64,000 nucleotides of DNA from Alphaproteobacteria bacterium. GTDB taxonomy: Bacteria; Pseudomonadota; Alphaproteobacteria; CALKHQ01. Made by a program: the position numbers and the translations under genes. Within the stretch, counting starts at the first letter, position 1. Every line of letters starts with the position of its first letter. The stretch is taken from the NCBI GenBank assembly GCA_965227515.1, contig CBDDFZ010000001.1:3744001-3808000 (forward strand). The letters run 5' to 3'. This document shows positions 11,609 to 21,822 of this stretch, one piece after another. Below the pieces are notes generated by a model. The model saw only the letters and a list, made by a program, of their open reading frames with translations, was not told where the DNA came from and ran no database searches.

Positions 11609-12715
11609 TCAGCCTTTGACGCCCCACAGCTCCATGTACGTCTGCTCGTAATTGTTGGACGGGATGAAGGTGTTCTGGTCACCGCCCTCCGCATCCACGT
11701 TGTCGGTGGTCACCAGATACGGATCCTGAACGAAGCCGCTGGGGTCCTGGCCGTTGAACGCACGGTTCAGCTCGTCGACCGCCTGAAATGCCTGCATCTG
11801 ATAGGGCTCCGACACCGTGACCTGCTGGTACTGGTCGCCCGCACGGATGCGCTCGTAGGCCGACTGGTTGCCGTCGGCGGAGACCAGGATCACGTCCTCC
11901 GACGACAGGCCGCCGGAACGCAGTGCCGGCACCTGGTAGTCGGCGGTGTAGTCCGCGACGGAGGTGATGTAGAGCGGCGTGCCGTACTGCTGCACCCATG
12001 AGGTCACGGCCGCCGGCTGGCGCTGCGCCACCTCGGCAATCGGCGAGTTGAAGAACTCCAGCACCTCGCAGCCCTCGCACTCCATGATCCGTTCCTCGGT
12101 GGCGTGCGCCTTGGTGCAGGCAATGGCGTACTCGCAGTGGCTGGTCACCACCACGCGCGCCGTGCCGCCGGAATGCTCGATGATCCAGTCGGCCTGCGCC
12201 TTGCCGATGTCGCGCGGGTCCTGCTGGATGTTGACGAACAGGCCCAGGTCGGGCTGCGGGCCGGGGAACGCGGAGGCGTGGATGCCAACCACCACGATAT
12301 CGTTCTCAAGCGCGGTCTCGATCTGCGGCTGAAGGCTGGCGGCGTCGGCATCCATCACGATGCCGTCGACTTGCAGTGCAATCGCCTGGTTGACCGCCTG
12401 CTGCCAGCCGACCGGGCTGCCCTGGCCGTCGATCACCGTCACTTCCCAGCCGATCGTCTCACCGATGTTTTCGATGTGGGTGCCCCACTCGCGCGACGCA
12501 TCGTTCTGCTGGTTGCTGGAGACGTAGGCGATGTGCTTGCCCTCGGCGATGGGCGGCGATTCCGTCGGCCCACGCCAGTCCGACTGCGGGCCCGCGTAAC
12601 GCACCACGTTCGCCGAAACCTCTTCCATGAAGGCGGCGTCCTGGGCGGTCGCTACGGCCGACAGACCGGCCAGCGCCGCCGCGCCGACCACCGGAATCAT
12701 AAGTACATGCTTCAT
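11609..12715 (-). CDS. Sugar ABC transporter substrate-binding protein
   Basis: Signal peptide MKHVLMIPVVGAAALAG..AQD after GGAGG RBS; Peripla_BP_4-like (IDGQGSP, AIALQVDGIV). Confidence 0.88.
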   Translation of the reverse strand: MKHVLMIPVVGAAALAGLSAVATAQDAAFMEEVSANVVRYAGPQSDWRGPTESPPIAEGKHIAYVSSNQQNDASREWGTHIENIGETIGWEVTVIDGQGSPVGWQQAVNQAIALQVDGIVMDADAASLQPQIETALENDIVVVGIHASAFPGPQPDLGLFVNIQQDPRDIGKAQADWIIEHSGGTARVVVTSHCEYAIACTKAHATEERIMECEGCEVLEFFNSPIAEVAQRQPAAVTSWVQQYGTPLYITSVADYTADYQVPALRSGGLSSEDVILVSADGNQSAYERIRAGDQYQQVTVSEPYQMQAFQAVDELNRAFNGQDPSGFVQDPYLVTTDNVDAEGGDQNTFIPSNNYEQTYMELWGVKG

Positions 12716-12806
12716 TCTCGTCCTCCCCACGCGCCCTTGCATCGTCTGCTCGCGAGCGATCGCGACGCGTTGTCTTGTTGACCTGAAGCGGTGTACGGCT
12801 ATCCTA

Positions 12807-12817
12807 CTGTCAGACAG
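12807..12817. promoter_or_regulatory. Possible GntR/FadR operator CTGTCAGACAG
   Basis: Odd palindrome resembling FadR-type GT-CAG-AC boxes, in the divergent region between the ABC operon and gntR. Confidence 0.4.
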
Positions 12818-12938
12818 CCTGATAGATCAATTGACATGTTGCCCGTAGATGCCAGTCGGCTGTACCGATGCCCCGACCGAAGCCCGAATCTCTTGAGGCA
12901 ACGTCACGCGACGCAACAACATTGGGAGCCATTGGGCG

Positions 12939-13685
12939 GTGCAGCATGATGCGATCCTGAAGCCGATCCGCCGGCGCAAGGTCTACCAGGAAGTGGCGCA
13001 TCGCCTGGAAGGCATGATCGCCGACGGGCAATTCGCACCGGGTGACCCGTTCCTGTCCGAGCGCGAGATCATGGATGCCTTCGACGTCGGGCGGTCCGCC
13101 GTCCGCGAGGCGATGCTGTCGCTGGAGCGGTCCGGCCTGATCAGGGTGCGCAGCGGGGAGCGCGCGCAGGTCACCCGCCCCACCGCCAAGATGATGGTCC
13201 GCGAGCTGTCGACCGCCGCGCGCCTGCTGCTGTCGGAAGACGGCGGCATCGTGCATTTCCAGGAAGCGCGCACGCTGCTGGAAACCGGGCTGGCGCGGCG
13301 GGCGGCGATGATGGCAACCGACGAGGATATCGAACGGCTGCGCCGGGCATTGGAAGCCAACCGCGACAGCATCGGCGACTACGAAGGCTTCAAGCGCACC
13401 GATGTCGCCTTCCACTACGCGCTGGCCGCAATCGCCAAGAACCCGATCTTCCTGTCGTTCAATGACGCGATGGCCGAGTGGCTGACCGAGCAGCGCGCCA
13501 TCTCGGGCCAGGTCAAGGACGCCTTCGAGATTGCGTACAACGCGCATGCCCGCATTTTCCAGGCAATCGCCGCGCGCGACCCGGAATCCGCACAGACTGC
13601 CATGGAAGAGCACATGAGCACGGTGGTGCAGAACTACTGGAAGGCCCGCAGCGAAACCGCCGACAAGGCGACGGGCGACTCCTGA
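12939..13685 (+). CDS. GntR family (FadR/NanR-like, FCD domain) regulator
   Basis: SEREIMDAFDVGRSAVREA wHTH; DVAFHYALA..AKNP and AH..I..AI FCD motifs. Confidence 0.93.
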   Translation: MQHDAILKPIRRRKVYQEVAHRLEGMIADGQFAPGDPFLSEREIMDAFDVGRSAVREAMLSLERSGLIRVRSGERAQVTRPTAKMMVRELSTAARLLLSEDGGIVHFQEARTLLETGLARRAAMMATDEDIERLRRALEANRDSIGDYEGFKRTDVAFHYALAAIAKNPIFLSFNDAMAEWLTEQRAISGQVKDAFEIAYNAHARIFQAIAARDPESAQTAMEEHMSTVVQNYWKARSETADKATGDS

Positions 13686-14776
13686 TGGCACGCTACCCCG
13701 GCTCGGAGCGCGAGCGGCGACTGGATGCCGGTGTCTTGCGCGATGGCGTCACTGCCGTGTTCGGCGCCTGCGGCATGGCGTACGACAATGCCTGGACGCT
13801 GGCCGACAGTCTTGTCGGCGCCGACCTGCAAGGCATTCACTCCCACGGTGTGTTGCGGGTGCCGGACTATGTCGGCAAGCTGACCCGTGAGGGGGTCGAT
13901 CCCAAGGGGCGGCCCAGAATCGTCACCGACAATGGCGGCGCGCTGGTGGTCGACGGCGGCAATGCCATGGGCCAGATCGCCGGTGTGTACGCTATGGACG
14001 CCGCCATCGAACGGGCGCGCACGGTCAACGTCGCGCTCGCTGCAGTCGGCGGCAGCAACCATGCCGGCACGATGGAGTACTACACGCGCCGGGCAGCCGC
14101 GGCCGGCATGATCGGGCTCGCCGGCACCAACGCGCTGCCGACCATGGCGCCATGGGGCGGGCTCGACAAGATCGTCGGGCTGAACCCGCTGTCGGTCGCG
14201 ATGCCTACCGCGGCCGGCGCGCTCTTCGTGCTGGATGTGGCGCTGGGCGCGACCGCGCACGGCAAGATCCGGGTCTATGCCCAGAAGGGCGAGCCCATCC
14301 CGGAGGGTTGGGCGTTCGACGCGGACGGCCAGCCGACCACCGACGCAGCCGCCGCGCTCACCGGTCTGATACAGCCGATCGGCGCGTTCAAGGGGCTGGG
14401 CCTCGCCATGATGGTGGGCATCCTGTCCACACTGCTTTCGGGCGCAGGCTACGGCACGGAATCGGGCAACATGGTCGACGGCCCGGTGCCGGGAAAAGAC
14501 GGCCAGTTCTATGTCGCCATCAACATCTCGGCCTTCGTCGATCCGGCGGAATTCGGCCAGCGGATGGACAAGCTGTTGGCGGAGATCCGCGCCAGCCGCA
14601 AGGCCGATGGCGTGGACCGCATCTATGCGCCCGGCGACCTGGAGGACGAGATCGGAACACGGTACCGGGCCGATGGCATCCCCTTGAACGACGAGACGAT
14701 TGCCGGGCTGGCGCGATCCTGCAGCGAGCTTTCGGTCAACGCGGACTGGCTAGAGCTGCCAAACCGGCACGACTAA
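13685..14776 (+). CDS. Ldh_2 family oxidoreductase (AllD/YiaK/ComC-like)
   Basis: ADLQGIHSHG, NHAG, GLNPLS, FKGLGLAMMVGILS; start ATG 13685 overlaps gntR stop (TGATG). Confidence 0.9.
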   Translation: MARYPGSERERRLDAGVLRDGVTAVFGACGMAYDNAWTLADSLVGADLQGIHSHGVLRVPDYVGKLTREGVDPKGRPRIVTDNGGALVVDGGNAMGQIAGVYAMDAAIERARTVNVALAAVGGSNHAGTMEYYTRRAAAAGMIGLAGTNALPTMAPWGGLDKIVGLNPLSVAMPTAAGALFVLDVALGATAHGKIRVYAQKGEPIPEGWAFDADGQPTTDAAAALTGLIQPIGAFKGLGLAMMVGILSTLLSGAGYGTESGNMVDGPVPGKDGQFYVAINISAFVDPAEFGQRMDKLLAEIRASRKADGVDRIYAPGDLEDEIGTRYRADGIPLNDETIAGLARSCSELSVNADWLELPNRHD

Positions 14777-14897
14777 CAAATGCACCGCCAGCCCTGCGGC
14801 ACGGCTTCGACAAACCAGTCGTCGATCATCCGGTCGGGGCTGGTGGCCGCGCGTTTGCCCGAAACACCGAGTCGCGGTGACGCGCCATCTCGAGCAC

Positions 14898-16523
14898 CTA
14901 ACGAAGATGGAACTGTATGGGCACGACGAGGGCCAAGGTTGACCGGCCTAACGCGGTGGGGATGGGCGGAAACGGCGCCGCGCGGCGCACCATGTCGAGC
15001 GTGGCATCGTCCAGCAGGCTGTGGCCCGACGAGGCCTGGATCGATGCCTGCACCAGATTGCCGTTGCCGTCGATGGTGAACGCGAGCATGGCGACGCCCT
15101 CCTGCCCGCGATCGCGCGCGCGTTCGGGATAACTCTGAGAGCGGGCAAGTTGTGCTTGCAGCGCAGCAATGTAGGACGCCTGCACGGCGGCCGCGGATGG
15201 ACCTCCGGGGCCCAGGCTTCCGCCACCGGCCGCGCCGTCCGGCCCCGGTCCTTCGCTGTCGCCAGCGGCCTGGTCCGTCGCTTGACCGTTGCCCGCGCTC
15301 GCGATGTCCTCAGAAGAGGCGCCATCCGGCGCGGCAGGGGCCGCCGGTTCAGGCGTCGCGGCCGGAGGGGCCGTGGCCTGTTGCGGGGGCGGTGGCGGGG
15401 CAGGCTGCGGATCCGCCGAGCGGCTGGGCATCATTGGGGGCGGAGCCGGCATGTCGTTGGCCACAACCTCGGCATCTGCATCCGGCGGTGCCCCGGCATC
15501 GACCGCTTCCGTTGGGTCAGTGATGGTGGCGTTGGCCAACAGCACCTCGGCAACCTCAAGCGACGGCTGCGCCTCGGCGGCACGCGGCACATCTGGCGTG
15601 ACCGCAAGATCTGGGGACGCATCGGCGGTGAGTTGGGGCGGGACCGCTGGGACCTCGTCGGCCGGTTCAAGGCGTTGATCATCGGCCACGTTCCGTGTCG
15701 GCTGCAAAGCCGGCAGCGGCTGTTGCGGCGGATTGCCGGCTGCGGGGACCGGAACCACCGCTGGTGTTGCTTCGGCGGTCTCCGCTTGTTGCGGCGCCGA
15801 CTGCGCGGCCTGCATCGGCTCGGCTTGCTGGATGACCTCGGCAGGTGCGGGAGGCTGAGGACCTGTTGGGATCCGGTCCACGGCGGAAACCGCCACATCG
15901 GCCGGCGGCTCCGCCGCTTCCACCATCTGTGGTTCCACTGTCGGCGGCTCCGCCGGTACCGCAACGACTGCCGACTCAGACGCGTCCGCTTCCGCCGGGG
16001 TCTCCGTGGCGACGGCATCGGTCCTGGCGACTACATGCGGCGCGACAGCAACAGCAGGCACCGCGACCACCGGATCGGGGTGTAATCCCGCCGCCGGCCG
16101 CGCGGCAAAATCGGGAGCCGCACTCAGCGATGGTGCCTCAGAAGCGGATTGAGGCTCGTCCTGTCGGGCCGACTGTGGCTGTTGTGACAATGCTTCGGGT
16201 GCACTCTCAACCAGCTCAGCGGACGGTGGTTCCTCAGGTGCCGACGCCTCCGGAACGGGCGCCTGGCTGGCAACGTCCTCGGCTTCCACGGTTGCTACCT
16301 CGTTTGGGCGGGGCGGGGCGACGACCGCCGCGGACCCGGCAACAACCGGTTGCGCAGGCTGTCCGCTCCCGCCGCCGCCGATCTCGATGCTGACCGAGAC
16401 GCCCTGCCCGCCGCCGCGACCCCCTGACATCGGTGACGACGGCACGACGGCCAGGGCAGCGGCGAGATGCAGCGCCGTGGAGACCACGAGCACACAGGTC
16501 CAACGTTTGAGGGCGCGCCGCAT
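14898..16523 (-). CDS. tonB: Energy transducer TonB with very long Pro/Ala/Glu-rich linker
   Basis: N-terminal TM with S-x3-H (STALHL); C-terminal YPERARDRGQEG...SSGHSLLD...AAPFPP; start ATG 16523. Confidence 0.88.
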   Translation of the reverse strand: MRRALKRWTCVLVVSTALHLAAALAVVPSSPMSGGRGGGQGVSVSIEIGGGGSGQPAQPVVAGSAAVVAPPRPNEVATVEAEDVASQAPVPEASAPEEPPSAELVESAPEALSQQPQSARQDEPQSASEAPSLSAAPDFAARPAAGLHPDPVVAVPAVAVAPHVVARTDAVATETPAEADASESAVVAVPAEPPTVEPQMVEAAEPPADVAVSAVDRIPTGPQPPAPAEVIQQAEPMQAAQSAPQQAETAEATPAVVPVPAAGNPPQQPLPALQPTRNVADDQRLEPADEVPAVPPQLTADASPDLAVTPDVPRAAEAQPSLEVAEVLLANATITDPTEAVDAGAPPDADAEVVANDMPAPPPMMPSRSADPQPAPPPPPQQATAPPAATPEPAAPAAPDGASSEDIASAGNGQATDQAAGDSEGPGPDGAAGGGSLGPGGPSAAAVQASYIAALQAQLARSQSYPERARDRGQEGVAMLAFTIDGNGNLVQASIQASSGHSLLDDATLDMVRRAAPFPPIPTALGRSTLALVVPIQFHLR

Positions 16524-16936
16524 CAGGGTGTCGCCAATATCGTCAGCAAGCGCACCTCCTGCACGCCGGCCGCGCGCGCCGCGTCGATCACATCCAGCAG
16601 GCCGCCGGCGGAAGCATTGGCGTCCGCCTTCACCCATACCGTCGATGAGCGATCCGCGGGCATGAGACGGTCCAGTTCGGCAGGCAGGTCGGCCAACGTC
16701 ACGACCGTGTCGCCGACGGCAACGCGACCGTCGCGGCCGATCAGGATCTCCACCTCGCGCTCGCCCGCCTCCGTCTCGCTGACCGATTGGGTGGGCTCCA
16801 GCGGAAACGGGCCTTGCGTCACGAACTGACCGGCCAGCATGAAGAACACAAGCAGCAGGAAGACCACGTTGATCAGCGGCAGGATGCCGTCTTCGCTGTC
16901 GACTCTAAGTCCGCGGCCGTGTCGGGTCCCGCGCAT
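16523..16936 (-). CDS. exbD: Biopolymer transporter ExbD (copy 2)
   Basis: LPLINVVFLLLVFFML, VKADAN...AAG; N in place of the usual TM Asp. Confidence 0.85.
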   Translation of the reverse strand: MRGTRHGRGLRVDSEDGILPLINVVFLLLVFFMLAGQFVTQGPFPLEPTQSVSETEAGEREVEILIGRDGRVAVGDTVVTLADLPAELDRLMPADRSSTVWVKADANASAGGLLDVIDAARAAGVQEVRLLTILATP

Positions 16937-16937
16937 A

Positions 16938-17375
16938 TTAGGCCCCGCGCTGCAAACTGACCGCGCCACCCACTTGGCGGCTCAGCACGTCGAGAAGATC
17001 GATCACCACCTGAACCGGCACGTCATCGGCCGGGCGCACGACCACGTTTAGCGCCGGATTGTCCGCAAGAAGCGTATCGAGCCGGTCCAGCAAGGTCGCA
17101 CGCTCGAGCGCCTGGCCGGACAGGCGAAGTGTGCCGTCGGCGCCCAGGTCCACGACCACCGCGCCGATCATGCCTTCGCCATCCATTGGCGACATCGGTG
17201 CCGCTGGCCCGTTGGCGAGCGAGATCGTCCGCCAATCCAGGAACGAGGACGCCAGCATGAAGAACACCAGCAGGATGAACACGACGTCGATCAGCGGCGT
17301 CAGGCTGATCATCCTGCGGCGGCGGTTAATCGACGGCCGAGAGCGACGCGCGCGGTTTGAAGCCATGCTTTCCAT
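16938..17375 (-). CDS. exbD: Biopolymer transporter ExbD (copy 1)
   Basis: ISLTPLIDVVFILLVFFML; start uncertain (17375 or 17366). Confidence 0.85.
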   Translation of the reverse strand: MESMASNRARRSRPSINRRRRMISLTPLIDVVFILLVFFMLASSFLDWRTISLANGPAAPMSPMDGEGMIGAVVVDLGADGTLRLSGQALERATLLDRLDTLLADNPALNVVVRPADDVPVQVVIDLLDVLSRQVGGAVSLQRGA

Positions 17376-18084
17376 CGGGTTCCCAGACAGGCTGGCTGCG
17401 TTGCGGTACCGCCGGAATGGCGATGCGGCCGACCATGACCTCCAGGTCGTTGGCAAGACTTTCGATCGCCCTGTCGAACAAATTGACCAGCACCACGGCG
17501 GGCATCGCCACCGCCAGCCCCACGGCCGTGGTCAGCAGCGCCTGCCAGATACCGCCCGACAGGATGGCGGGATCGGCACGCGCGCCTGACCCCTCCAGGT
17601 TCTGAAACGCCTCGATCATGCCAAGGACCGTGCCGAACAGGCCCAGCAGCGGGGCGAGGCCGGCGATCAGCTCCATGATACGCATATGCCGACGCAGCTT
17701 TTCCGCTGCCTCGTCGATCAGGCGATAGGCCTCGGCACGGCCTGGCTCCTCTCCATAGGTGCGACGCGCCGCAATCGCGGCATCGACGATGCGGCTGGCG
17801 ATGCTCGGCCGCGCACCCGCGGGCGCCTGGCGGTCGCCCTGCCGGTAACACTCAACGAGTTGCCGTGCCCGCGCACGATGCCACACGCCCAACCGCAGGA
17901 ACTGGCCGCCCTTCATGAGCGCGACCGCGAGCAGCAGGATCGACAGTCCGACCAGGATCAAGACCACCGGCCCACCTGCGTCGGCAAAATCCATCAGCCG
18001 CGCGAGCACGTCGGGCGGTTGGGCATCGTCCAACTGGGAAACCGGCCCTGTGGCAGTTTCCGAAAACCGACCTTCCCCATCCAC
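17326..18084 (-). CDS. exbB: MotA/TolQ/ExbB proton channel
   Basis: APLLGLFGTVLGMI, GIWQALLTTAVGLAVAMPA. Confidence 0.92.
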   Translation of the reverse strand: MDGEGRFSETATGPVSQLDDAQPPDVLARLMDFADAGGPVVLILVGLSILLLAVALMKGGQFLRLGVWHRARARQLVECYRQGDRQAPAGARPSIASRIVDAAIAARRTYGEEPGRAEAYRLIDEAAEKLRRHMRIMELIAGLAPLLGLFGTVLGMIEAFQNLEGSGARADPAILSGGIWQALLTTAVGLAVAMPAVVLVNLFDRAIESLANDLEVMVGRIAIPAVPQRSQPVWEPDGKHGFKPRASLSAVD

Positions 18085-18108
18085 GGTGCTGTCTCCAGGC
18101 GCCCGGCG

Positions 18109-18576
18109 CTACTTGAAGAAATCGGTCGCCAGGCGCGACGAGACCTCAACTACCGACAGGCAATCACCGGCGACCGGCGGCTCTGCTTCGCAAGCGATGA
18201 CCGTGTTCAGCAGGACACTGCCAATGCCGTCGCACGGCAGCGACGGGATCTCGAAGACGATCAGGCTCGTCTTGTCGGCCGGCAGCGGCGTCGCCGACAC
18301 CGCCAGCCGATCCGCAACAATGCCGTCGGCATCGAACAGCACGAGGTCCAGACGCAGGTCGCTGAAGGTCATGCCGGTGTGGTTGCGGAACAGCAGGTAC
18401 GGCTGACAGCCTTCGCCGGAGTCCGATAGCCGATTGAGTTCGACCTTCAGTTCCTGGCCACCCTCCGCCGCAGCCAGGTTCTCCGGCTCGACCGTCTCCT
18501 GAGCGCTTGCTTGCGCCGATATGGCTGCCAACACCGCCAAACCGCCAATCCAACCTTCCAGTGCTCGCGTCCCCAA
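18109..18576 (-). CDS. Exported hypothetical protein (4 Cys), first gene of the exbBD-tonB operon
   Basis: Signal peptide ending ASA-QE; ELNRL...C...LDLVLFD..GIV...KT....F....C. Confidence 0.7.
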   Translation of the reverse strand: MGTRALEGWIGGLAVLAAISAQASAQETVEPENLAAAEGGQELKVELNRLSDSGEGCQPYLLFRNHTGMTFSDLRLDLVLFDADGIVADRLAVSATPLPADKTSLIVFEIPSLPCDGIGSVLLNTVIACEAEPPVAGDCLSVVEVSSRLATDFFK

Positions 18577-18645
18577 TGCCCTTCGCCCCCTTGGTGCCGG
18601 CCAATCGTCAGCCGATGAGCAAGGCAGTAGAACCTTTCAGTTTGG

Positions 18646-18707
18646 AATGCAAGTGACTCTCATTCGCACTTGACGGGCTGCGAGATGTTGTGAGAATGAC
18701 TCTCAAT
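18646..18707. promoter_or_regulatory. Tandem Fur-like iron boxes in the divergent heme-uptake promoter
   Basis: AATGCAAGTGACTCTCATT (18646-18664) and TGAGAATGACTCTCA (18691-18705) fit the TG(C/A)GA-N5-TC(G/T)CA alphaproteobacterial Fur-type palindrome. Confidence 0.7.
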
Positions 18708-18746
18708 TGCATGGCTGCGGGAGGTTGCCGTGAGGGGGATTCCGAA

Positions 18747-20843
18747 TTGTATCGCGCAATCATCGGTGGTGCATGCACCACAGCAGGCGTGTTGGTCTTG
18801 AGCATGACAGCGGCGGCACAGGACGCCGAAACCGAAACGAACGGTGCGGGCTTTCTGGAGCCGATTCTTATGACGCCGCTCACCGTGAACGCACCCGGAC
18901 GCGATGAGCGCACGCTCCTTGAAACGCCGGGCACCGTGACCATCCTCACCGACGATGAGATGCAAAGGCTGCTCCCCTCGACGTTCGAGGACGTGTTCGC
19001 CACGACGCCCGGCGTCAACATCGATGGCGGCCCGCGCGGTGTCGCGCAGGAACCGAACATTCGCGGTTTTCGGGACGAGCAAGTGGTGCTTCGTCTCGAC
19101 GGTGCGCGGCAGAACTTCAACCGGGCGCACAGCGGTCGTTTCTTCATCGACCCGTCGGTCCTGAACCGGATCGAGGTTGTGCGCGGCGCGTCCTCCACGC
19201 TCTACGGGTCGGGCGCCATGGGTGGCGTCATCTCGCTGGAAACCAAGGACGCGCACGACCTGCTGGACGAGGAAGACAGCTTCGGCGGCCGTTTCCACAC
19301 CACCTACTCGACCAATGGCGGAGAATGGTTCAACGGCCTGACGCTCTACGGTGACTATGGCGACTTCGACGCGCTGGGGTTCGCCGGGTACCGGCCGATG
19401 AGCGACGACCTGGAGGACGGCGATGGCGCGCCGATCCTCAACAGCGAAGTCGACGTGCGAAACGGGCTGGTGAAATTCGGCTACGAGCCCGGCGCCAGCC
19501 AGCGGCTGGAATTCGGCGCGCTCTACTATCACGACGAAGGCACGTTGCCGCCGAATGCCAATGCCACCGCGACATCGACGACGATCGCAGATCGTAACGC
19601 CGACGTGCGCGGTTATCAGCTGTCCTACGAACTCGACCCGGCGGACAATGACCTGGTCGACCTGTCCGTACTCGCCTACATCAATGACCTGGCCATCAGC
19701 GAGGATCGCCTGGCGGACGGGCGCCTCGACGAGTCCAACTACCGGACCTACGGCTTCGACATCGTCAACCGCTCCGATGTGGAGCTCGGGCTGCCCGTGC
19801 GCCTGACATATGGGTTCGAGGGTTACCTCGACATGCAGACAGGCACCCGAAACGGGGCCGTGCGCCAACAGTTCCCCGACGCGGAGGCCCTGTACCTGGC
19901 CGGCTTCGCCCAGGCTGACCTGGAAGTCTCGGAGTTCTGGACCGTCTCGCCCGGCCTGCGCTTCGACTACTTCTCGCTGGACCCGGACACCGCCACGCAG
20001 CCCGAGCGCAGCGAGAGCCAGGTGTCGCCAAGACTGACCGTCAGTTTCGAGCCCAATGAATCGATGCTCATATGGGCAGGCTGGGCCCGCGCCTTCCGGG
20101 CGCCTTCGCTCACCGAACTCTACAATGACGGCATTCACTTCTCGGTGCCCGGTTTCGGGTTGGGCCCGTTTCTGACCTTCACCGGCAACAACCTGTTCAT
20201 CCCCAACCCTGACCTGAAAGCCGAACGGTCCAACTACTTTGAGCTCGGTTCCAGGCTGTATGACGATGACAGGCTGGTCGAAGACACGCGGATCATGGTT
20301 GCCGGCAGCATCTACTACGCCGAGGTCGATGACTATGTGGACACGTTCGTGACCTTCATCGACGCGGACACGACCACCGGCGCCTTTCCCGCCCAGTTCG
20401 TCAGCGGGTCGACCCGGACCCGCAACATCGATGCCGTGCTGTACGGCCTGGAGCTGGAGGCTTCGGTCGATGCACCGGCGTGGTTCTTTGGCGCCGGATG
20501 GCAGGTCCCGTACGGCGAAGCGGCGGACGGATCCCCGCTTGGCTCGATCCCGCAGACGAAGCTGGCCCTGACCGGGGGCTGGCGCCCCATGCCGGACTGG
20601 GAGGTTGGCGCCCGCGCGACCTTCGCCACCGGCCAAAAGGACGTGCCGCCCGACACCACGCAGGGCAGCGGTTATTCGGTCTTCGACGTGTTTGCGTCAT
20701 GGGAGCCGACCGAGGGACTGCTGGAAGGCATGGCCTTTCACGCCGGCGTCGACAACGTGCTGGACCGACAATTCACCATCTATCCGAACGAACTGCCCCA
20801 GCCGGGGCGGACGTTCAAATTGTCGGCCGCGTTCACGTTCTGA
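18747..20843 (+). CDS. hmuR: TonB-dependent heme/hemoglobin receptor (HmuR-like)
   Basis: Plug motifs NIRG, IEVVRGASSTLYGSGAMGGVI; heme receptor FRAP and NPDL motifs with His between them; C-terminal F; start TTG 18747 after GAGGGGG. Confidence 0.9.
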   Translation: MYRAIIGGACTTAGVLVLSMTAAAQDAETETNGAGFLEPILMTPLTVNAPGRDERTLLETPGTVTILTDDEMQRLLPSTFEDVFATTPGVNIDGGPRGVAQEPNIRGFRDEQVVLRLDGARQNFNRAHSGRFFIDPSVLNRIEVVRGASSTLYGSGAMGGVISLETKDAHDLLDEEDSFGGRFHTTYSTNGGEWFNGLTLYGDYGDFDALGFAGYRPMSDDLEDGDGAPILNSEVDVRNGLVKFGYEPGASQRLEFGALYYHDEGTLPPNANATATSTTIADRNADVRGYQLSYELDPADNDLVDLSVLAYINDLAISEDRLADGRLDESNYRTYGFDIVNRSDVELGLPVRLTYGFEGYLDMQTGTRNGAVRQQFPDAEALYLAGFAQADLEVSEFWTVSPGLRFDYFSLDPDTATQPERSESQVSPRLTVSFEPNESMLIWAGWARAFRAPSLTELYNDGIHFSVPGFGLGPFLTFTGNNLFIPNPDLKAERSNYFELGSRLYDDDRLVEDTRIMVAGSIYYAEVDDYVDTFVTFIDADTTTGAFPAQFVSGSTRTRNIDAVLYGLELEASVDAPAWFFGAGWQVPYGEAADGSPLGSIPQTKLALTGGWRPMPDWEVGARATFATGQKDVPPDTTQGSGYSVFDVFASWEPTEGLLEGMAFHAGVDNVLDRQFTIYPNELPQPGRTFKLSAAFTF

Positions 20844-20891
20844 CCGGAGCGGGGCGGAGCGGACGCAATCCAAGCGGAAGGACAGTCAAGC

Positions 20892-21800
20892 ATGCATAAG
20901 GTACGAAAGTGCGTGTGGCGGGGGTTTGTCGTCGCCTGGGCCGCGGCAACCGCGGCCGCCGCGCCAATAGCTGCCGATCAGCCGGCGTCGCGTGTGGTGG
21001 CTGTCGGCGGCGACCTGACCGAGATCGTCTACGCACTCGGCGTGGGCGACTTGCTGGTCGGCGCCGACACCACCAGCACCTGGCCGGCCGCCGCGAACGA
21101 CCTGGCCAAGGTCGGCTATATGCGCCAGCTCTCGCCGGAAGGGGTGTTGTCCCTGGCGCCGGACCTCATCCTCGCCAGCGCCGACGCCGGTCCCCCGACC
21201 GCGATCGATCGGTTGCGCCAGGCCGGCGTCGACGTGCGCATCGCCCCCGACGAGACGACCGTGGCCGGGGTGGTCGACAAGATTCGGTTTGTCGGCGATG
21301 CCTTGAATGCCACTCAGGCCGCCAATGAGCTTGTCGTGCGTTTCGAAGCGGACATTGCGTCGGTCGAGGCAGCGATTGGGTCGCTTCCGGCCCGGCCCAG
21401 CGTGCTGTTCCTGATATCGACCGCGTCAGGCGCACCGGTCGCCGCCGGGCGCGATACAAGTGCTGAGGCTATCATCGCCATGGCCGGCGGGCGCAATGCG
21501 TTCGACGGTTTCGAAGGCTACAAGCCGGTGGGCGCGGAGGCCGTGATCGCGGCGGCCCCCGACGTGATCCTGTTGCCGACCCACGTAGTGGACGCAGCCG
21601 GCGGCATCAATGCCATCGTGGCGGCACCTGAGCTCGCCGCTACGCCCGCGGTGCGAGACGGCAATATCATCGTGATGGACGGGCTGTTGCTGCTCGGCTT
21701 CGGCCCGCGCACGGCCCAGGCGGCGATCCAACTCGCCCAGGAACTGCACCCGTCGCACGCGACCGACCTGGCGGAGACGTTCGACGACGTCACCGAGTGA
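20892..21800 (+). CDS. hmuT: Heme ABC transporter substrate-binding protein
   Basis: GGDLTEIVYALG, VGYMRQLSPEGVLSL (heme Tyr), LLLGFGPR. Confidence 0.92.
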   Translation: MHKVRKCVWRGFVVAWAAATAAAAPIAADQPASRVVAVGGDLTEIVYALGVGDLLVGADTTSTWPAAANDLAKVGYMRQLSPEGVLSLAPDLILASADAGPPTAIDRLRQAGVDVRIAPDETTVAGVVDKIRFVGDALNATQAANELVVRFEADIASVEAAIGSLPARPSVLFLISTASGAPVAAGRDTSAEAIIAMAGGRNAFDGFEGYKPVGAEAVIAAAPDVILLPTHVVDAAGGINAIVAAPELAATPAVRDGNIIVMDGLLLLGFGPRTAQAAIQLAQELHPSHATDLAETFDDVTE

Positions 21801-21822
21801 GCCGCTGCGCATCCGTTCCGGC

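Noticed and set aside
18660-20636. 658-aa minus-strand ORF opposite the heme receptor
   Set aside because: Antisense shadow of a well-supported TonB-dependent receptor
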